Assembly (NCBI RefSeq): GCF_000143415.4
Contig: NW_003314376.1
Location: forward strand, 467,271-531,270
Direction: 5' to 3'
DNA length: 64,000 nt
Source of the DNA: Selaginella moellendorffii
Taxonomy: Eukaryota; Plantae; Lycopodiophyta
In this document: positions 58,683 to 64,000 of the stretch, piece by piece
How the letters are laid out: the number at the start of each line of letters is the position of its first letter
How positions within the stretch are numbered: position 1 is the first letter of the stretch
The notes under the pieces: generated by a model
The model's input: only the letters and a program-made list of their open reading frames with translations
Database searches by the model: none
What the model was told of the DNA's origin: nothing
Position numbers and translations under genes: made by a program

Positions 58683-58860
58683 GGATCGAGAATCGACGGG
58701 CGGATGTGGTGGTGGAATCGGACGGCGATGTGGTGTGCCAGGTCACGCGCGTACTGCTCAATGCTGAGTGGAGACAAGCTGCGGGAGAGGGAGGAGGCCT
58801 AGGTAGAGGAGAGACTATGGCGGAGCACACGAGAGGTTCTAGGGTTTGATTTATTCGGGA

Positions 58861-61206
58861 ATGGCGACGGCGAATGGCGATGCGTCGACGCTAGCGGCGG
58901 CGGCGGCGGCGGCGGCCCCGGGCGCCATCGCCCCGGCCAGCGCCGAGGATGTGGCGCTCAAGAAGAACACGGATTGCGTCTACTTCCTGGCATCGCCGCT
59001 CACTTGCAAGAAGGTATTGCGATCGATCGGGGCGAGAGTAGAGGCTTTCTGCAGTTAGGGTTTAGTGTTTTTCTGGCTGCTGGCTGGCAGCAGCCAGATC
59101 TGCCGAGCTCGAGCTGACAGGCAGCGCGTGATTTGTTTTTGCAGGGGGAAGAATGCGAGTTTAGACACAGTGAGACTGCGAGGATCAACCCCCGCGACTG
59201 CTGGTACTGGGTATCGGGGAGCTGCTTGAATCGGGATTGTCCATTTAGGCATCCGGTAAGAACTGTAGAGCTCTTGGCATCATAGCTTTAAGTGATTTTG
59301 TCCTTGTTGTTCTCTCCAGCCTTTGGAAGCTGGAAATCCGACTCCTGGACAGCAGCAGCCCGCGAGCAACAAAGGACGAACGCCGTGCTACTTTTTCATC
59401 CAAGGATACTGTGCGAAAGGCGATCGATGTCCCTTCTTGCACGGTGTTCCTAAGCTGACCACGACTGCTCCTCCAGAGCTCGAAGTTCCTCCAAGGTCGG
59501 AAGCTGCCATTCCATCTAAGCCGTCTTTGACAGCACAAAAGCCATCGGTGGACATACAACTGCAGGCAATAGCAGCAGTGCCGGAAGCGAGGCCAGCGCC
59601 ACCTTCTCAAGTTGCAAAGCCAGCGGCAGTTTTTCAGCTTGCAAAGCCAGCGGCAGCAGCTACTCAGGTTGCAAAGCCGGCAGCTTCTCAGGTTGCGAAG
59701 CCAGCACCACCACCGCAAATAGCGAAGCCGGTTGTGAAGCCATCACCGCCAGCTCAAGTTGCGAAGCCAGCACCATCTCATGTTGATCGGTCCACTGGCT
59801 ATACCCCGGCAGAGAATGTTGATCGATACACGAGAGAGCCTACTGGTTACACTCCGGCAGAGAATGGCAACGGTGTAGCAGGCAGATCGAGAAGCGTTGC
59901 AGCTGAGCCGGAAGAGAGCGCGGAGCCTGTGTCGAGTACGCACGAGGACGATGATCTTCTCATGACGACTTCAAGAGCAGAGAATGGCACTCGAGACCCG
60001 GAAGAACGTTGGGAAGAGTCTTCGCCTGGGTTTGATGTGCTCGTAGACGACGGGCCAGAGGAGTCGGAGTTCCTCCACGGGAACAATGACGAAACAGGCG
60101 ATCGTTTCGACGACGACTACGAGTTTCAGTACTCCGAGATGTACAACCAGACTGGCGGATTCGAGTCGGGACCTCCACTATACGAGCGTGAAAGCTATGA
60201 TCGCATCCGGCATGAGAACGGGAGGTTCGAGCAGGGGGAGTACACTGACTACGACGCTCCCTACGACCGGATGGACTTCGATCGTCCGCCGCTGCTGGAC
60301 AACCCGGAGCGTGATTATTTCCGACAAACAAGACAAGTTCGGACACAGTCCATCAAGGAGAGGCTACGGTTCAACCATCAAGACCCACGGCCGTTTCTCG
60401 ACAATGGTGATCTGCGAAACGTTCTCGAGCGGCGGCGGAGGCTGGATGTTTACCCGGGTCGAGAAGGCGATGACAGGTTTCCCAGGGAGTTTACAGACCG
60501 GGAGAGGCATCGCGACGACTTTTCCAGGGGTCGGGAGCGCGACAGGGCTCAGAACTACTTCCACCAGGCTAGACTTAACAGCAGCAGCGGCAGGAGATCA
60601 TCGAGGGAGAGAAGTAACGAGCGCTTCCACCACCGGCATCCTCCTCCCGACGCTTTCATGTACAGGGGTGGTGGTCAGATCGATCGTAGGCCTGTGAAGG
60701 ATGCATCTCCTCCGGGCTACGAGGCGAGGAACTTTGGCCTGGGCTTCAGCCGAAGAACAGGCGGGGAGGAGCCATCGGACTTCGCGGCACCGAAGAGCCT
60801 GGCTCAGATCCGGGCCGAGAAGAGGAAGCTCGACGGGGAGGAGGTGGCGATGGTGAGCTCCTCCAAGCGCAGCTACATCTCCAGGGAGTCGAAGTTCCAT
60901 GGCGGCGAGCTCAACGGTGGCGGGGACGATGGTGATCAACACTTTGAAGGTCCCAAGCCGCTCCACGAGATTCTCAAGGACAAGCGCAGGGAGGAATTCT
61001 CGCAGCTCCGGCGCCATGACGAGAGCGTGATCGTGGCGAGCGATGAGCGAGAAGAGCGAGACAGCCGCGCCAATGGAGTGGCCAACCATCATGTACACGC
61101 TGACAAGATCACTACTACCACCGTGACTGCTCGAGAGGAGAGTGACGATGACGAAGACGATGACGACGACGATTTCGCGAAGAAGCTAGGCGGATACTTC
61201 TCGTAA
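58861..61206 (+). CDS. CCCH zinc-finger protein, C3H17-like (3 CCCH fingers; 716 aa, 3 exons)
   Basis: Exons 58861-59013, 59145-59255, 59320-61206. KNTDCVYFLASPLTCKKGEECEFRH, RDCWYWVSGSCLNRDCPFRH, PCYFFIQGYCAKGDRCPFLH; also ESSPGFDVLVDD, FAAPKSLAQI, FEGPKPL and DDFAKKLG motifs. Confidence 0.93.
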
Positions 61207-61348
61207 CTCTGATTTCTCTGATCGATCGAACAAAAAGGTCTGGATTGACACTTCGATGCGATCCTCTTCCTCTAATGGCTCTAAGCTAGCCACTGTTTTC
61301 TCAAGTTCCTGTTTAGACAGGACCCCGTCCTTGACGATGAACAGGCGG

Positions 61349-61992
61349 CTAGAAATCTTCCCGAGTTTTACCAGTGCTTGATGACAGTGGCTCCACTGGC
61401 AATCGCTCGCAAGTGCATATCTCGATCATGAATCCATCGGGGTCGTGGAAGAAGATCTGCTCCACTTCGATCCCTCGCTCCTGGACGATGCGTTTCTCGT
61501 ATTTGATCCCAGCGTCTCCCAGCCTCTTCTGGACGAGAGCTAGATCCTCGCACTGGACAATGTGGATGGATTGTTACAAGAGAAGAGATTTTCTTTTTTT
61601 CTTTCGCGTACCTGGAAGGAGATGTGATCGTCGCGAGGATTGATTGAGTGTTCTTGCGGAGGCCCCGCATTTTCTTGCTGGAGCAAATGGATTCCAATAC
61701 CATAGTTGTACAACCTGGACGATCAATCCGTAGCGAAAAAAATCGATAGCGCAATCGATACAGAGTGGGAAAAGAGGGAGGAGGGATGCTCTTACCAGGC
61801 GCCGCGGACCTCGAGAGCGTTCGGGCGCTTGACGGGCACGAACCCTAATACATCGACGTAGAACTTGAGCGATTCTTGGATGTCGCGGCAGTTGCGCGAG
61901 AGATGATTCACGGAGGAGAGCGGCAGCGGCTGTGGATTCTGGAGCGATTCCGCGCCGCCGCCGCCATGGGCGCTGCTCGCGTTTTGGATCAT
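61349..61992 (-). CDS. Glyoxalase-I-like / VOC-family protein (167 aa, 3 exons)
   Basis: Exons 61992-61796, 61714-61612, 61552-61349. SVNHLSRNC..SLKFYVDVLGF..GAWLYNYGIGIHLLQ..INPRDDHISFQC..QIFFHDPDGFMIEIC. Confidence 0.92.
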
Positions 61993-62203
61993 AGGAAACG
62001 AATGAAGGGAAACAAAAAGAGCGTACGCTTCCGGGCAGAGAGAAACCCAACGTTGATATAACAAGTGGCGGCGGAGATCCACGTGTCTGACACGTGTCCA
62101 CTTACCGACTCATTGCTAGATTGTGATCTCCTTGCTGCTGCCGGGGTTTGAACCGGCGACCTTGTTGTCCTAGGGATTAGGGTTTGCGGGAAGAAGGGAA
62201 GAA
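61993..62203. promoter_or_regulatory. 211-bp bidirectional intergenic region with paired G-box/ABRE, B-box-like motif and telo-box
   Basis: CACGTGTC at 62080 and 62091; minus-strand AGGTCGCCGGTTCAAACCCCGGC at ~62140-62162; TTAGGGTTT at ~62177. Confidence 0.6.
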
Positions 62204-63283
62204 ATGGCGGTGCTGGTAGCGAAGAGGACGAGCGCGGATGTGGAGATGGCGCACGGCTTCAAGGAGCATGCGACATGGAGCCCCTACGAGAACAATGGCG
62301 GGTGAGTGATCTTGGATCGCGCTTTGCTTCCTGTGGCGAGATTATCACGGATTTTCGCAGGACTTGCGTCGCGATTGCTGGATCGGATTATTGCATCGTC
62401 GCAGCTGACACGAGATTGTCGCTTGGCTACAGCATACTGACCAGAGGCCATTCTAAGCTGTTTAAGCTGTAAGTTTTTCTTTAGTGACTTTGGAAACAAA
62501 ATGTGATTTTTCTTTCCTGTCTTTCGCAGCTCAGACACTGCGGTCATGGCTTCCTCTGGCTTCCAGGCGGATGTGAGAACTCTGCAAAAGAATCTAGAAG
62601 CCCGGCAAAAGGTTCGATCCTCTTTGTTTCCGGATTTTCGCCTTAGACCGCTGTTTTTTATTTGCTTCTCTTGAAACAGGGTTACTACCATCAGCACGGG
62701 AAACCAATGTCTTGCCCAGCGATGGCGCAGCTCCTGTCGAACACCCTCTATTACAAACGCTTCTTTCCATACTACAGTTTCAACGTTCTTGGTGGTCTAG
62801 ACACCGAAGGTACGTGTGGAAGAGAGCATCAAAGTCTAAATCTTTGTGGAGGCTTGTAGGCAAGGGATGCGTCTACACTTATGACGCTGTTGGTTCTTAC
62901 GAGCGGACAGGATATAGTACCCAGGGAAGCGGTGCAGAGTTGATAATGCCGATTCTGGATAACCAGCTCAAGTCTGCCAGTCCTCTCCTTTATCCTCCAA
63001 GGGTGACAAATCCTTTGCGATTCATTCTTCTCTGTTGCTGACTGCCGGGAGCTTACAGGAAACGGCAACGCCCCTTACGGAACAAGAGGCTCTGGAAATT
63101 GTCAAGGACACTTTCGCTTCGGCTACCGAGCGCCAGATCTACACCGTTCGTATTGCTTTTTCTGTGTATCGAGCTTGAAACTCAACGCAAACGTGTGTGG
63201 TGTTGCAGGGAGATGGACTCGAGATTGTGGTCATCAACAAGGATGGAATACACAAGGAGTATTTAGACCTCAAGAAAGACTAG
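62204..63283 (+). CDS. PBF1: 20S proteasome subunit beta-6 (beta type-1; 240 aa, 7 exons)
   Basis: Exons 62204-62301, 62361-62468, 62530-62611, 62680-62809, 62860-63002, 63059-63145, 63209-63283. [48 protein letters not shown] and a terminal LKKD*. Confidence 0.96.
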
Positions 63284-64000
63284 GCACTCTCTTTGCAGGA
63301 GCTATGTATAACTTCGATTCTTATGGACAATTGTTTCATTTCCTCTCGTTCTCTCTCATCAGATTGATCACACTGAAAGAAAAGTAAAATCTTATGATCG
63401 CAGCTCCATGTTGGGCAGCTGAGAAAATTGGTAGTGGTTTATACTAGTGCCTAAAGTGTCCCGTGCCTCTTAAGACTTCGTATCATTTTAGTAAGTCCAT
63501 TGTTCATCTTATAAATGCCTTCTTCAAGACTATTTTATGAATGCGACAAGATCACTCGGGAGTGTTGACACATGCACTGGTCAATCCACCGTAATTCCTG
63601 AGTGTGAACTTCTCATGGTTTCTTTTGGAGAACTTCATTTCTCGGTTCCAATTCTCAGTACCTTTGATATCTTTCTATCGACTTTGTGAATGAATGTGGA
63701 CCACCTTCCCTTTGAGAGCAATAAAATATAGTGCATAGAATTTTGCTGCCCATCTTGAATGTCAAGAAACCTTGAAACATAGTTTGAAACGCTTGTGCAA
63801 ATCCGATATCATTTTACGATTCTAAAGATCAAATATACAAAATCTTTCACAGTTAATTAGAGCATTCTTTAAGGTAATCAATAAAAGTGCGTTTATTTTG
63901 AAATTAGTTTTTGCTAAGCTGGAAATTAATTTATCAGCCATTTTCATCTTCGTTATGAGAAAGTATACTAAACGCTTGACCGGATCCGTGTACAGTCTAT

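Noticed and set aside
62130-62210. Possible tRNA gene on the minus strand
   Set aside because: Only a T-arm-like part is present; no D-arm/A-box, anticodon stem or acceptor pairing.
63125-63145. ERQIYT instead of the usual plant ERDIYT in PBF1
   Set aside because: Single substitution in a non-catalytic subunit, at a position that varies among eukaryotes.

Overview
Plant nuclear DNA with a very compact gene structure (introns 43-156 nt). SS-motif-rich PLS/E PPR genes and a fungal-type Ty3/gypsy element point to a lycophyte, most likely Selaginella (inference). Apparently intact genes: two PPRs, a double-AP2 transcription factor, a full-size ABCB transporter, three secreted CLE/CLE-like peptide precursors, a fasciclin-like AGP, a CCCH zinc-finger protein, a glyoxalase-I-like VOC protein and proteasome subunit PBF1. 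The first 45 kb is a mosaic of decayed direct and inverted copies of the AP2, PPR and ABCB genes, including a captured KRP (CDK inhibitor) fragment. 14.7-24.4 kb and 45-55.8 kb are retrotransposon debris. The best novelty candidate is the co-oriented cluster of three peptide precursors: one canonical CLE and two multi-motif precursors carrying elongated CLE variants (RE[TV]PSG..DP[EK]QY), a basic CLE variant and a PSY-like DY motif. Next are the AP2 gene, whose two domains both have repeat-1 exon structure, and a self-priming LTR element. All gene models were spliced by hand; no database searches were run.
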